Shown in pieces: positions 1-10,065 of a stretch of DNA of 64,000 nt (position 1 is its first letter; each line of letters begins with the position of its first letter). The translations under genes and the position numbers were made by a program. The notes under the pieces were generated by a model, which saw only the letters and a list, made by a program, of their open reading frames with translations, ran no database searches and was not told the origin of the DNA. The stretch is from Candidatus Harrisonbacteria bacterium (GTDB lineage Bacteria; Patescibacteriota; Minisyncoccia; UBA6257; UBA11618): positions 7,823 through 71,822 of the forward strand of contig VGJO01000001.1 in assembly GCA_016867415.1 (NCBI GenBank), read 5' to 3'.

Positions 1-1634
1 GAATAATTCTTATCACTAATCTCTCGACCGAGGAAAGTCATCTCGTCGTTTAGATATGCCACAGGACCAATCTTCTCAGACATCCCGTACCGAGCGACTA
101 AGTCCCGCGCAAGCATCGCCGCCTTCTTCAAATCATTTGACGCTCCTGTCGACATATCAGAAAACACCGTCTCCTCAGCCGCGTACCCACCCATAATCAT
201 AGTAAGATCTGAAAGAAACTGGGATCGCGTCCGTAATCTGTTCTCTTCATTTGGTAGTTTCAAGGTATACCCCCCGGCAAACCCTCGCGACACGATCGAG
301 ACCTTATGCACCGGATCTGAGTTCTCAAGTGATGCTGCCACCAGTGCATGCCCTGCCTCATGATATGCGGTCACCTTTCGCTCCTTGTCCGATATGATCC
401 GCCCCTTCCGCTCGGGCCCAAGCATCACTTTCTCGACCGATTCAAGCAAATCCACCTCGCTCACTTTTTGCTTTCCTATCCGAGCTGCAAGAATCGCCGC
501 CTCGTTTGCAAGATTCGCTAAGTCCGCCCCCGAAAACCCTGGAGTCCGAATCGCCACTTTCCGAAGAGAAAGTCCCTCCTCAATTGGCTTCCCCTTCAAA
601 TGAATCGCGAGAATCTCCTCCCGATCGTTCATGTCCGGCATATCCAAAACTACCCGCCGATCAAACCGCCCTGGTCGAAGTAAAGCCGCATCCAAAACAT
701 CTGGCCTATTAGTAGCCGCGAGCACAATGAGCTGCGTATCCCGCTCAAAGCCATCCATCTCCGTCAGGATCTGGTTCAGTGTCTGCTCCCGCTCGTCATT
801 GCCACCCCCCATCCCCACGCCACGCTGCCGACCCACCGCATCAATTTCATCAATAAAAAGAATCGCTGGCGCCGCCTTCTTAGCTGTAGCAAAAGCGTCT
901 CTCGTCCGCGCCGCGCCCACTCCCACAAACATCTCCACAAACTCCGATGCCGAAATCGAAAAGAAGGGGACTCCGCTCTCTCCAGCCACCGCTCGTGCGA
1001 GCAATGTCTTCCCCGTCCCTGGCGCCCCTACTAGAAGCACCCCGCGCGGAATCTTCGCTCCCATATCCAAAAACTTCTTTGGATTTTTCAAAAAATCCAC
1101 CACCTCAAAAAGCTCCTGCTTAGCCTCCTTGAGCCCCGCCACCTCGGCAAATGTCGTCTGATCTTTCTCCCCACCCGCAAATAAGCGGATATTAGACCGA
1201 CCAAAAGTAAAGGCCTGCGCCGCCCCCTGCCGCGCCTGCCGAAAAAGAAACCAAAAGATGAGCCCCATCACAAGAAGTGGCAACAAAGTCGGCACCACAA
1301 TCTCCCAAAGAAAACGTGCTCCGCTCTCATCCTTCACTGAGATCACAACCTCGGAGAGTCGCTCCGGCGCTACTCCATAATTGCGAAAAGTCGTCGACAA
1401 AGCCTCACCTTCCTCCTTCCGCCCTGTCGCCTCAGATTCATCTTTCATAGTAAGTGACAAATTACTCCCCGATATTTCAATCGATTTCACCTGACTTGCA
1501 TTCACCGCCGCCGCAATCTCCGAAATTGAAAGCTTTTTTTGCTCCACCATCGTGGAAAAAAGCATGGAAAACAAATATGCCGCCAAAAATAATCCAAAAA
1601 TAGCCCACAAAAAATTCTTCGTCAGTATCTTCAT
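1..1634 (-). CDS. ftsH: ATP-dependent zinc metalloprotease FtsH (N-terminal ~545 aa; the C-terminus runs off the window start)
   Basis: Minus-strand translation gives an N-terminal TM segment, Walker [19 protein letters not shown] second region of homology and the HEAGHA zinc-binding motif. The plus-strand ORFs 385-1161 in the track are overlapping artefacts. Confidence 0.9.
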   Translation of the reverse strand, partial: MKILTKNFLWAIFGLFLAAYLFSMLFSTMVEQKKLSISEIAAAVNASQVKSIEISGSNLSLTMKDESEATGRKEEGEALSTTFRNYGVAPERLSEVVISVKDESGARFLWEIVVPTLLPLLVMGLIFWFLFRQARQGAAQAFTFGRSNIRLFAGGEKDQTTFAEVAGLKEAKQELFEVVDFLKNPKKFLDMGAKIPRGVLLVGAPGTGKTLLARAVAGESGVPFFSISASEFVEMFVGVGAARTRDAFATAKKAAPAILFIDEIDAVGRQRGVGMGGGNDEREQTLNQILTEMDGFERDTQLIVLAATNRPDVLDAALLRPGRFDRRVVLDMPDMNDREEILAIHLKGKPIEEGLSLRKVAIRTPGFSGADLANLANEAAILAARIGKQKVSEVDLLESVEKVMLGPERKGRIISDKERKVTAYHEAGHALVAASLENSDPVHKVSIVSRGFAGGYTLKLPNEENRLRTRSQFLSDLTMIMGGYAAEETVFSDMSTGASNDLKKAAMLARDLVARYGMSEKIGPVAYLNDEMTFLGREISDKNY

Positions 1635-1874
1635 ATGTCGCCAATAATAAAATATTTTTGCTCAGAGGTCAAAATAAAAAATCACCACGACCTCCATCTC
1701 TCATCTACATTTACCCCAAGATCCGTTGACTCTTCCGCCACGACTTTCTGCAAATAATAGAAATTCCAAAAAAATCCGGCGGTAAGGGACTGCCCTCCTC
1801 GCGCATCTGTGACTTCCCTGAAGTCAGTTTTCTATAAAAAAACTAAAAACCTTATTTTACTTGCTAAAAAAGAT

Positions 1875-1905
1875 TGTCGCACAATATTAATAATATTGTG
1901 CGACA
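1875..1905. promoter_or_regulatory. Perfect 15-bp-arm palindrome TGTCGCACAATATTA-A-TAATATTGTGCGACA flanked by A/T runs, in the divergent ftsH/xer intergenic region
   Basis: Read directly: the arms are exact reverse complements, with T-runs on both sides. It could be an operator or a bidirectional hairpin. Confidence 0.4.
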
Positions 1906-1940
1906 TTTTTTTAAAAAAAATGCTATCTTAAAGAAAAGAT

Positions 1941-2843
1941 ATGGGTCTCCGCCAAAGGTCCTCCCTCCGCGAACTCGCCGACGATTTTCTCACTCATCTC
2001 ACCTTAGAAAAAGGAAGGAGTAAAAAAACCATCGAAAATTACAATCGTTACCTCAACCACCTCTTCACTTTTACGGGAAGCGGTAAGGTAGGGGATATCA
2101 CCCTTGACTCAATCCGCCGCTTTCGCCTCCATCTAGAAAGTAAAGGCTTAAAAAAAATAACGCAAAACTACTATCTCATTGCCCTCCGCAGTTTCCTAAA
2201 GCATTTGCAAAAAAACGACCTCGACTGCCTCGCCCCCGAGAAGATTGATCTGCCCAAAGTCGAGTCCCGCACCCTCGACATCCTCCCCGTCCGCGACCTC
2301 GAACGCATTTTAGACTTCTTAAAGAAAAAAGATGATCTTATCGGCCGCCGCGACCACGCCTTAATCGAAACCTTCTTCTCTACCGGTCTTCGCCTCTCCG
2401 AGCTCGTCGCTCTCGACCGCTACCTTGACCTCGACCACCCCGAGCTCACTGTAAAAGGTAAAGGAGGCAAAGTCCGTCTCGTCTTCTTCTCTGATACGGC
2501 CATTACCGCAATTCGTCTCTACCTCGCGACCCGCGTCGACCTCGATCCCGCCCTCTTTATCTCAATAAAAGGCAAAAAAGTCTTAGGCCGCATCACCCCC
2601 CGCTCGGTGGAGCGCATCATCTCTCGCCGCGCCCGCGAAGCCGGCGTCATGCACCGCATCACCCCCCACATGCTCCGCCATGAATTCGCCACTGATCTCT
2701 TGAGTAACGGCGCCGACATCCGCTCCGTTCAGGAACTCCTGGGCCACAGCAGTATCACCACCACCCAGATCTACACCCACGTCACCAACCGCGCCCTAAA
2801 GCGCGTCCACACCTCCTACCACCGCCACCCCTCAGAAAAATAA
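1941..2843 (+). CDS. Tyrosine site-specific recombinase, XerC/XerD family (300 aa)
   Basis: C-terminal catalytic region ...HMLRHEFATDLLSNGADIRSVQELLGHSSITTTQIYTHV... with the R..H..R..Y pattern; the N-terminal core-binding domain is typical of Xer proteins. Confidence 0.85.
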   Translation: MGLRQRSSLRELADDFLTHLTLEKGRSKKTIENYNRYLNHLFTFTGSGKVGDITLDSIRRFRLHLESKGLKKITQNYYLIALRSFLKHLQKNDLDCLAPEKIDLPKVESRTLDILPVRDLERILDFLKKKDDLIGRRDHALIETFFSTGLRLSELVALDRYLDLDHPELTVKGKGGKVRLVFFSDTAITAIRLYLATRVDLDPALFISIKGKKVLGRITPRSVERIISRRAREAGVMHRITPHMLRHEFATDLLSNGADIRSVQELLGHSSITTTQIYTHVTNRALKRVHTSYHRHPSEK

Positions 2844-2887
2844 TTTCTCTTTTTCACTAAAAAATGCTTAAATAACCTAGATTTTAC

Positions 2888-2968
2888 GGGCAGGTGGTGA
2901 AACGGCAGACACGCCAGCTTTAGGAGCTGGTGCCGCAAGGCGTGGAGGTTCAAGTCCTCTCCTGCCCA
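2888..2968 (+). tRNA. tRNA-Leu (anticodon TAG), long variable arm
   Basis: Acceptor stem GGGCAGG/CCTGCCC, anticodon stem-loop CCAGC-TTTAGGA-GCTGG, long extra arm, T-arm GGAGGTTCAAGTCCTCT, discriminator A. Confidence 0.8.
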
Positions 2969-2997
2969 CAAAAAAAGTTTATTTAAAGAAACAAAAA

Positions 2998-3023
2998 ATC
3001 GCGCCTCACTGCGCGATTTTTTT
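2998..3023 (+). terminator. Intrinsic terminator hairpin ATCGCGC-CTCACT-GCGCGAT followed by TTTTTT
   Basis: GC stem plus T-run directly downstream of tRNA-Leu. Confidence 0.55.
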
Positions 3024-3063
3024 ACTGAATTTTCTTATAATACTGCACTTGGTAAAGACATAA

Positions 3064-3180
3064 GCACAGGATTTTTGAGAAGATTTTGGATTTTCTTTCT
3101 GAGTACGCATCGGAGCATACTAGTGCTCAAGTATGTGAGAAGCGAACGGAAGAAAAAAATTAAAAATCTTCCAAAATACC
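3064..3180 (+). repeat. Family-1 intergenic structured repeat, copy A
   Basis: Shares with the other copies the 5' AGGATTTTTGAGAAG, an internal CTGAGTAC...CGGAGCATACT-hairpin-AGTATGTGAG...AACGGAAGAAAAAAAT, and the 3' CCAAAATACC. The 5' GAAGATTTT is complementary to the 3' AAAATCTTC. Confidence 0.6.
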
Positions 3181-3184
3181 ATCG

Positions 3185-3538
3185 TTAGCGTACACCAAAA
3201 AAACTTCGGATAACGGGGATAACTGAATAGGAAAGCAATGCCACTATTATACCAATAATCGCGTACGTTAAAATTTTTCTAGCGTCTTCCGTCTTTCCAT
3301 TTCCCAACCAGTTAGCGCTCACGAAGAGAAATGCGGAATAGAGAATCGCTCCCACTGCGATTGTGAGCACAAACACGCGAAAAAAAGCAATGATTCGATC
3401 AATAAGTGAAAGAAATGCTCTCTCATCTTGCACCACCACTTGCCCGCTACTATTAAACTGCCCTGGAAGCTGAGCCATCGCTAACATAGGAAGCACCAAA
3501 TAGGCGCTCGTCATCAAACTAAAAAAAAACTTTTTCAT
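3185..3538 (-). CDS. TrbC/VirB2-like pilin candidate (117 aa; signal peptide plus two TM helices separated by a short charged loop)
   Basis: The signal peptide ends ...LAMA. It is followed by hydrophobic helix 1, the loop NWLGNGKTEDARK, and hydrophobic helix 2. This matches the architecture of T4SS pilins. Confidence 0.5.
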   Translation of the reverse strand: MKKFFFSLMTSAYLVLPMLAMAQLPGQFNSSGQVVVQDERAFLSLIDRIIAFFRVFVLTIAVGAILYSAFLFVSANWLGNGKTEDARKILTYAIIGIIVALLSYSVIPVIRSFFGVR

Positions 3539-3858
3539 TAATATAGCAATGAAAGTCTACGACCTTTATTATTATTCTCATTATACCAAATCCTCCTCAC
3601 CTCGTTGTGGAAAAAATATTATTTATAAAAAAATCACATGTCGTCACGCGAAGTAATTTTGAACTTCTTTTTGTTCTTCTTTCCTAAAAAGGTACTAAGA
3701 GCTACCTGCGGGAAGTTTATGAGAAACATCCTTAGAAAAAAAGATGGGCCTCCACTACTTCTAGATTAAAAAAAGAAGAAAGAGAAGCATCAGCTAAGAT
3801 GGGGTCGGCTACACAAGCAAAAGAAGGCAAAAGTATGAGCACGTCGCAAACAGAGAAA

Positions 3859-4209
3859 TTAACCACACTTCACCTGATACCACGGATATGGACTCCCTCC
3901 AGTAATAGCAAGGAAAAAAGAAGAGATAATCACCCACGATGCCATCACAATAATAAGGCCAATTAGAGCTGTCTTAATAATATTTTTACCAGCTTTTATA
4001 CGCTCTTGTGATTCACCACTAGTGAGAATGACAAGACCGCCCCACATCATAAACATCCCGGCGAGAATAGGTGCCAACGTGGCAAAAAGTTTTATAAAGT
4101 TATCGAGAAGTTTCAGGAGATCACAAAGAGTGCAAAAAGCTTCTCCATTTGGCAAAGGCCGGCCAGAACACTTAGGAAGAAGAGGTCCGACAAATTGAAA
4201 AAGAAACAT
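3859..4209 (-). CDS. TrbC/VirB2-like small membrane protein (116 aa)
   Basis: Cys-containing N-terminus, then TM1 - loop SGESQERIKAGK - TM2, the same core as the neighbouring genes. Confidence 0.4.
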   Translation of the reverse strand: MFLFQFVGPLLPKCSGRPLPNGEAFCTLCDLLKLLDNFIKLFATLAPILAGMFMMWGGLVILTSGESQERIKAGKNIIKTALIGLIIVMASWVIISSFFLAITGGSPYPWYQVKCG

Positions 4210-4261
4210 TATATTTATAGTATATCACAAAAAAAATTGTAAAATGATATACTAAAGAAAG

Positions 4262-4846
4262 ATGAAATACTTTTCTTTTTTAGCTTTTTTTCTTTTTTTT
4301 ATTTCTTTCCAAGCAGTTTTTGCTGAATCATATTTTCCAGGAGGAAGTTCTGGTAGAAGACCTTTCCAAGAAGTTCGGAATCCAAAGTATGACACTTCGA
4401 AAAATAGATTTGTACCAGTACCACAGCAAGATCCTTGGTATATTCAGGTTCCTAACATCCCTACCACCCAGCAATCAGGGCCAATGGGACCGGGAGTATT
4501 TACTCCAGGAGCAGGGATGAATACTCCAGGAGCAGGGATAAATACTCCAGGAGCAGGGATGCAAGATATCAATCTCTCGCAATCATTCCCATATTCATTC
4601 TCTAATATCGGAGAGCTCGCAACTAAATTAGCGAATTTTCTCTTCCTCCTCGCCGCCCCCCTTGTGATTATTACTATTCTCTATGGTTCGTTTGTCTTAA
4701 TTTTCGCAGGAGCAATTCCTGCAAACATTAGTAAAGGATGGAGCATAATCCGTTACGCCGTTTTAGGCTACGTCATCATTGTTGTCGCTCGCCTCATCGT
4801 CTCCTTCATCACCACCTTCTTCGCCACTGCAAACTATCTAAGCTAA
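4262..4846 (+). CDS. Secreted Gly/Pro-rich protein with a C-terminal VirB2/TrbC-like two-helix membrane domain (194 aa)
   Basis: N-terminal signal peptide, internal TPGAGMN tandem repeats, and a C-terminal TM1-loop(NISKGWS)-TM2. Confidence 0.45.
   Translation: MKYFSFLAFFLFFISFQAVFAESYFPGGSSGRRPFQEVRNPKYDTSKNRFVPVPQQDPWYIQVPNIPTTQQSGPMGPGVFTPGAGMNTPGAGINTPGAGMQDINLSQSFPYSFSNIGELATKLANFLFLLAAPLVIITILYGSFVLIFAGAIPANISKGWSIIRYAVLGYVIIVVARLIVSFITTFFATANYLS
4501..4563 (+). repeat. 21-bp tandem repeat x3 (TACTCCAGGAGCAGGGATGAA) encoding TPGAGMN repeats
   Basis: Direct reading of three near-identical adjacent 21-mers. Confidence 0.85.
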
Positions 4847-4878
4847 GCAATCTAAAGCAATATAGATTAAATAAAAAT

Positions 4879-6153
4879 ATGAAATGGAAGATAATTCTAT
4901 TTAGTGTATTTGGGTTAATAGCAATAACTTTACTCCTCGCATATTTGCAAATAATTCCCGGAATTTTCCGGAAGGACATCGAGCAGATCTCCCTCACCGT
5001 TGTCGGTCCGGAAGATAATCGTGCCATGTATGATGTCATTGATCTCTATCAAGCCGAGCACCCAAACGTAAAAATCACCTACCTTCAAAAAAATCCGGAT
5101 AATTACGAACAAGAGTTGCTAAATCTCCTCGCCTCCGGCGAAAAGGTAGACGCCATGTATTTCAAAAGTTCCTGGCTTTCCAAACATTTCAATAAAATCA
5201 TCCCAGCAAGAGAGGAGGAGATGACCCTTACCCGCTTCGAAAATATTTTCCCTACCGTAGTCCGCCAAGATTTTGCTCCTGACAACTATGTCTTTGGTCT
5301 TCCTCTCTATCTCGATACTCTGGGAGTCATCTACAACAAAAATCTCTTTGACGCCGCAAGTGTCGCCACTCGTCCCAAGACCTGGGTCGATTTCCAAGAT
5401 GCAATTCTCAAAGTCCGTAAACTCGGCAAGAAAAATATGATTGAAGTCGCCGGAGCCGCAATCGGCGGCAATGACACAAATACCCTCCGTGGACCCGAAG
5501 TCCTCCAGACGCTCATGATGCAATCTGGCGCCGTCATGGTAGATCGCGTGGGTGGGGGAGTCACTTTTGATCGCGAAGGTTTGCCCGGACTCAACTTCTA
5601 CCTTTCCTTCACTGACCCAAAAAACACCTACTATACCTGGAACTCAAAAGAGCTCGACGCCCCCACTCTCTTCTCCCAAGGTAAGCTCGGAATGCTCTTT
5701 GGTTACTTTGAAGACTACCGCACCCTCGCCCGCGCCTTCCCAAATATTGAGATAGGTTCTTTTGCCATGCCTCAACCCTTTAATACCGAGAAGCCTCTCA
5801 CTCTTGCTGATTACTATGGTCTCGCCGTCTCCGCCGCCTCCAAAAATCAAGCCGAAGCCTGGAAATTCATCGTCTTTGCCACCACTAATTCCTCCGCCAT
5901 CCAGAGCTACTTAAACGCCACCGGCCACATCCCCGCCCTCCGCGAATACTTGAGTCTCGCCGTCAACAATCCCGAAATGAGTGAGTTCGCTTCCCAAGCT
6001 TTAATAGCCCGAAGTTGGATCCGCCCCGATGACTCTGTCGTCCGCTCCGCCTTCAACAGGCTCATTCAAGAAGCCGGTAGTGGGAGAATTCGCGAAGATC
6101 AAGCCCTCGAACAAGCCGCCTCAACCATCTCCTCCTCCTTCCGCTATCAGTGA
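4879..6153 (+). CDS. Extracellular solute-binding protein (ABC transporter substrate-binding, family 1-like); the start is probably the MKWKIILFS internal ATG
   Basis: N-terminal signal/TM then a periplasmic-binding-protein-like fold (~420 aa). No adjacent permease or ATPase genes. Confidence 0.65.
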   Translation: MKWKIILFSVFGLIAITLLLAYLQIIPGIFRKDIEQISLTVVGPEDNRAMYDVIDLYQAEHPNVKITYLQKNPDNYEQELLNLLASGEKVDAMYFKSSWLSKHFNKIIPAREEEMTLTRFENIFPTVVRQDFAPDNYVFGLPLYLDTLGVIYNKNLFDAASVATRPKTWVDFQDAILKVRKLGKKNMIEVAGAAIGGNDTNTLRGPEVLQTLMMQSGAVMVDRVGGGVTFDREGLPGLNFYLSFTDPKNTYYTWNSKELDAPTLFSQGKLGMLFGYFEDYRTLARAFPNIEIGSFAMPQPFNTEKPLTLADYYGLAVSAASKNQAEAWKFIVFATTNSSAIQSYLNATGHIPALREYLSLAVNNPEMSEFASQALIARSWIRPDDSVVRSAFNRLIQEAGSGRIREDQALEQAASTISSSFRYQ

Positions 6154-6485
6154 CAGCCGCCGTTAGGCGGCTGTCATCCCAGACTTGATCTGGGATCCAA
6201 TCAATGTATTATTCCAAACACAAATATTCTGCTCGTTTCGCGAAGCGGATAATCAGAATATTTCCCTAATCTAATTCAGTGCAACCCCGATCTCTTTCTT
6301 AATTTGTATGTATTTCCATATCTCAACAATCCCTTATACGAACTAACCCATCTTTCATTGTCATCCAACCTTACATTTCTTATCATCCTCCTTTTTGTCA
6401 CCGTCCGCAGCACTCGATGATCCGGAAAATGCACCCAGCCTAAAAAATCCACTCCCGCCGCCACGGTCCGAATAAAAACCTTATC

Positions 6486-6737
6486 TGGATAAAGATTAAA
6501 AATCTTTTACTCAGCCCGCCTACTTCACCGCCCCCAACTAATTCTGGCATCACAAGAAATTATCACCTTACCCCTGAATGACCTTCTGGAGAAAAGAAGT
6601 ATGGCTTTTTTATGGTGTTGTTTTATCCTCTTGTTCCCCAAAAACAACACCATGAAAAATTCTTTTTGAGGACTGAATGAAAGTCCGCAGGGACTTTCAT
6701 GTGTCATGAAGGGGTAAGGTGAGAATTTCAAAAAAAC
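6486..6737 (+). repeat. Family-X structured element, copy X1 (candidate ncRNA, ~250 nt)
   Basis: Shares with X2 and X3 the blocks CTTCTGGAGAAAAGAAG.ATGG, a long hairpin ATGGTGTTGTTTT...AAAACAACACCAT, TCATGAAGGGG.AAG, and a terminal TTCAAAAAAA. Confidence 0.45.
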
Positions 6738-6781
6738 TATCCACCCGCGAAAGAAGAATAAAAAAAGGCTTTCGCCCTTTT

Positions 6782-9253
6782 TTATTCTTCTTTTCCGTTA
6801 ATTTCTTTTAAGCATATAGACCCGATAATATAATCTGCGTCGTTCAACGACATTAGTCGGACTCCCTGCGTCGCCCGCGACGCCTCCCGTACGCTCTCAA
6901 GGGTCGTCCGAATCATCTGCCCCTTCGCCGAGAGCACAAAAAGATCCTTCTCCTCGGTAATAAGATGCGCCGAAATCAATTTTCCCGTCTTATTGGTAAT
7001 CTTCGCCGTTAAGATTCCCGAGCCGCCTCTTCCTTGCGTCTTATACTCGCTCATCCTTGTCTTCTTCCCATACCCCTTATCCATAATCACGAGAAACTTG
7101 GCTTTCTTAGCTGCTTCTTTGTCAATCACAGTGAGCGAGCTCACCATGTCTCCCGCATGAAGCCGGATCCCCGTCACTCCCGCCGCTACTCTCCCCATTG
7201 CCCGGATATCATCCTCCGAAAATCGGATCGCCTGCCCAAGCACGGTTGTGAGCACCACCTCATCCTTCCCTGTTGATCGCTTCACAAAGTGGAGCATATC
7301 CCCCTCATGGAGACTGATCGCGATGATTCCGCCCCGCCGCACGTTGGCAAAATCCGACAACGCCGTCTTCTTTACGACTCCTTTTTCCGTCGTCATCACA
7401 AGATACCCATCTGATTCCTGATCCGAGTAAGAGACTAAAGCCGTCACCTCCTCTGAAGAGGGAATCTCAAGAAAGCTCTGAATTGCTTTTCCTTTTGAAG
7501 TCCGGAGCGCTACTGGAATCTCCCACACTTTGGTCTGAAAGACTCGTCCGCGGCTCGTAAAGAAAAGGATATTATCGTGCGTATTTGCGTGCGTGATATG
7601 TGAGATGAAGTCCTCCTCCGCTACCTCTGAGCCTATAAGCCCCTTCCCGCCCCGATGCTGTGATTTATATGTGTCCGGTGCTAGCCGCTTGATATACCCT
7701 CCGCGAGAAAGAGTGATAATCGCCTCCTCCTCCGCAATCAAGTCTGCCTCCGAAAATTCCTTAAGCCCCGACATGACGACCTTGGTCCGCCGTGCATCGG
7801 CAAATCGCTCCTTAAGATCCATCATCTCATCCTTGATGAGCGCCAAAATCTTTTTCTCACTTTTCAAAAGCGCTTCCAAGTCCGCAATCAGCTGATGCTT
7901 TTCCTTAAGTTCATCAATAATCTTTTGTACCTCGAGATTTGCGAGTGTTGAAAGCCGCATTTCAAGAATCGCCCCCGCCTGAATTTCCGTAAAGTCAAAC
8001 TTCTTCATGAGGTTAATACTCGCTTCCTCCCGATCCGCAGATTTCTTAATAGTCTTAATCACCGCGTCAATGTCATCGAGCGCCCGCTTGAGTCCCTCGA
8101 GAATATGAGCTCGCTCCTTTGCTTTTTTGAGATCAAACTCCGCCCGCCTGCGTACGACCACTTTCCTATGGCTAATATGCGCACCGATAATATCAAGAAG
8201 AGTGTGAATCCGTGGCTGGATCCCTTCATGAAGGGCCAGCATATTAAAGTGAAAACTCTTCTGCAAATCCGTGTGCTTATAAAGAAGATTGAGGATCTTC
8301 TGTGGCACCGCATCGCGCTTCAATTCAATCACGATCCGCACGCCATCCTTGTCTGTCTCATTACGCACATCCCGGATGCCCTCAATCTTCTTTTCATTGA
8401 CGAGCTCCGCGATCTTTATGAGAAAATCCGAAATATTCGTCTGATAGGGAAATTCCGAAATAATAATCTCCGAGTCCTCAATCTCCGTCACGCCACGGCA
8501 GACTACTGATCCGCGACCAGTGAGATACGCCTGCTGAATGTCTTTTTTATTGTAAATAATGCCTCCTGTAGGGAAATCTGGTCCCTTTACATATTGAAGT
8601 AAATCCTCGCCGGTACACTCTGGGTTTTCGATCATGTGTATAGTGGCATCGATTACTTCACCAAGATTGTGGGGCGGAATAGAGGTAGCCATTCCGACCG
8701 CAATACCAATACCACCGTTTATTAAAAGATTTGGCACCTTCGCTGGCAAAACTCTCGGCTCCTTGAGTCGTCCGTCATAATTATCTACCCAATCAACCGT
8801 CTCTTTCTCAATATCAATCAAGAGCTCCTCTGAGATCTTGCTCATCTTGCACTCGGTATACCGCATAGCGGCCGCGGCATCACCCTCTGGAGAGCCCCAA
8901 TTGCCCTGACCTACAAGAAGGGGATAACGTAGGGAAAAATCCTGCACCATTCTCGTTATCGTGTCATACACTGCCTGATCCCCATGTGGGTGATAGCTTC
9001 CAAGTACTTCTCCAACTACATTTGCCGACTTACGCAACTTGGCCGTGGAAGTAATCCCGAGACCCCACATCGCCCACAAGACTCTCCGGTGCACTGGCTT
9101 CATTCCATCTCGCACGTCAGGAAGCGCCCGCGAAACAATCACCGACATTGCATAGTCAAGATATGACTGTTTAAGCTCATCCGTAATCTCTCTTGGTTCA
9201 ATCCGTCCAAGAATAATCCCTTCCTCCTGCCCTTTTTCCTTCTTAATCGCCAT
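6782..9253 (-). CDS. gyrA: DNA gyrase subunit A
   Basis: 823 aa; N-terminal ...YAMSVIVSRALPDVRDGMKPVHRR... with the active-site Tyr region, and C-terminal beta-pinwheel repeats. No gyrB is adjacent. Confidence 0.95.
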   Translation of the reverse strand: MAIKKEKGQEEGIILGRIEPREITDELKQSYLDYAMSVIVSRALPDVRDGMKPVHRRVLWAMWGLGITSTAKLRKSANVVGEVLGSYHPHGDQAVYDTITRMVQDFSLRYPLLVGQGNWGSPEGDAAAAMRYTECKMSKISEELLIDIEKETVDWVDNYDGRLKEPRVLPAKVPNLLINGGIGIAVGMATSIPPHNLGEVIDATIHMIENPECTGEDLLQYVKGPDFPTGGIIYNKKDIQQAYLTGRGSVVCRGVTEIEDSEIIISEFPYQTNISDFLIKIAELVNEKKIEGIRDVRNETDKDGVRIVIELKRDAVPQKILNLLYKHTDLQKSFHFNMLALHEGIQPRIHTLLDIIGAHISHRKVVVRRRAEFDLKKAKERAHILEGLKRALDDIDAVIKTIKKSADREEASINLMKKFDFTEIQAGAILEMRLSTLANLEVQKIIDELKEKHQLIADLEALLKSEKKILALIKDEMMDLKERFADARRTKVVMSGLKEFSEADLIAEEEAIITLSRGGYIKRLAPDTYKSQHRGGKGLIGSEVAEEDFISHITHANTHDNILFFTSRGRVFQTKVWEIPVALRTSKGKAIQSFLEIPSSEEVTALVSYSDQESDGYLVMTTEKGVVKKTALSDFANVRRGGIIAISLHEGDMLHFVKRSTGKDEVVLTTVLGQAIRFSEDDIRAMGRVAAGVTGIRLHAGDMVSSLTVIDKEAAKKAKFLVIMDKGYGKKTRMSEYKTQGRGGSGILTAKITNKTGKLISAHLITEEKDLFVLSAKGQMIRTTLESVREASRATQGVRLMSLNDADYIIGSICLKEINGKEE

Positions 9254-9377
9254 AAAAATTAGGTAGCCCCATTATTACAAAAAAAACCTCTTTAGGCAAT
9301 CTACTCAAACCAATGCTTTATTAATCAAAAAAAGAATAAGTGGCCCAAACAGTAATAGTTTTTGAGAGTTTTCGGTT

Positions 9378-9406
9378 GTCATTCCGGCCTCCGAGCCGGA
9401 ATCCAG
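9378..9406. repeat. REP-like palindromic unit GTCATTCCGG-CCTCCGAG-CCGGAATCCAG
   Basis: Identical to the 17881-17909 copy. The stem is ATTCCGG/CCGGAAT. Confidence 0.6.
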
Positions 9407-9463
9407 TTCATTTCCTTTAAACTTCTTCTTAATATTATAAATCGAAAAAAGACCAAAAATTAT

Positions 9464-9862
9464 TTACGGAAGATTAGTATCTGGCACTTTCTCTAAACCA
9501 TCATAAGAAAAATCTAATTGATCAGCCTTCGGAAAAATCCGTGGACTTGATTTCTCAACGTTCACCTGTGGATCCAAAAAATCCTTAAAAAAAACAAAAC
9601 TATTCGCCAAGCCATAGCTTGTCGTCTCCGATATTTTTTGGAAACCAAAAGCTACAATTTTTACCGGATCCGGCCGCAGATCCGATTCCTTCACCACTCC
9701 ATTTTGGTCCGCCACCGCGAGCACCTTGTGATCCATCTGATAGAGGAAAATAACGAGCGCTAAAAGTCCTCCTAAAGTAGAAAAAGAGACAAGCCACAGC
9801 CACTTTGTCCTCTCATCCTGATCCCGCAACTCCTTTATATGCCGAATCACCGATCTCATCAC
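9464..9862 (-). CDS. Hypothetical single-pass membrane protein (132 aa)
   Basis: ORF with one hydrophobic helix (LWLVSFSTLGGLLALVIFLY); no recognisable domain. Confidence 0.4.
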   Translation of the reverse strand: MMRSVIRHIKELRDQDERTKWLWLVSFSTLGGLLALVIFLYQMDHKVLAVADQNGVVKESDLRPDPVKIVAFGFQKISETTSYGLANSFVFFKDFLDPQVNVEKSSPRIFPKADQLDFSYDGLEKVPDTNLP

Positions 9863-10065
9863 TTCTAATTGTACCTGATAATAAAAATCCTAAAAACACC
9901 CTCTCAAAAACCTTAACCCCAAATTTTTCATTTATCAGCTCAAATGTAGTAAATACAAAATTTTAAATAGGTAATACAGTGTACTTTCTATCAAATATTA
10001 GAAAAAATAGGCAAGAAAATCATCATATTTTGTCTTTTTCTAATAAAATTGCTACTTTGTAGGGC

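Noticed and set aside
385-1161. Three overlapping plus-strand ORFs (72, 68 and 176 aa) inside the ftsH region
   Set aside because: They are Pro/Ser/Arg-rich with a low-complexity composition and fully overlap the minus-strand FtsH frame, which has unambiguous AAA+ and HEAGH motifs. They are reverse-frame artefacts.
6640-6720. Possible RNase P RNA P4-like motif (GAAAGTCCGCAGGG) in Family-X copy X1
   Set aside because: The motif is one arm of a perfect local hairpin (TGAAAGTCC-GCAG-GGACTTTCA), and the partner P4 strand (ACAGAA.CCGGCTTA) is absent. The element is present in three copies, unlike rnpB.
6782-9253. gyrA without an adjacent gyrB as an anomaly
   Set aside because: gyrA and gyrB are frequently unlinked in bacteria, so this is not informative.
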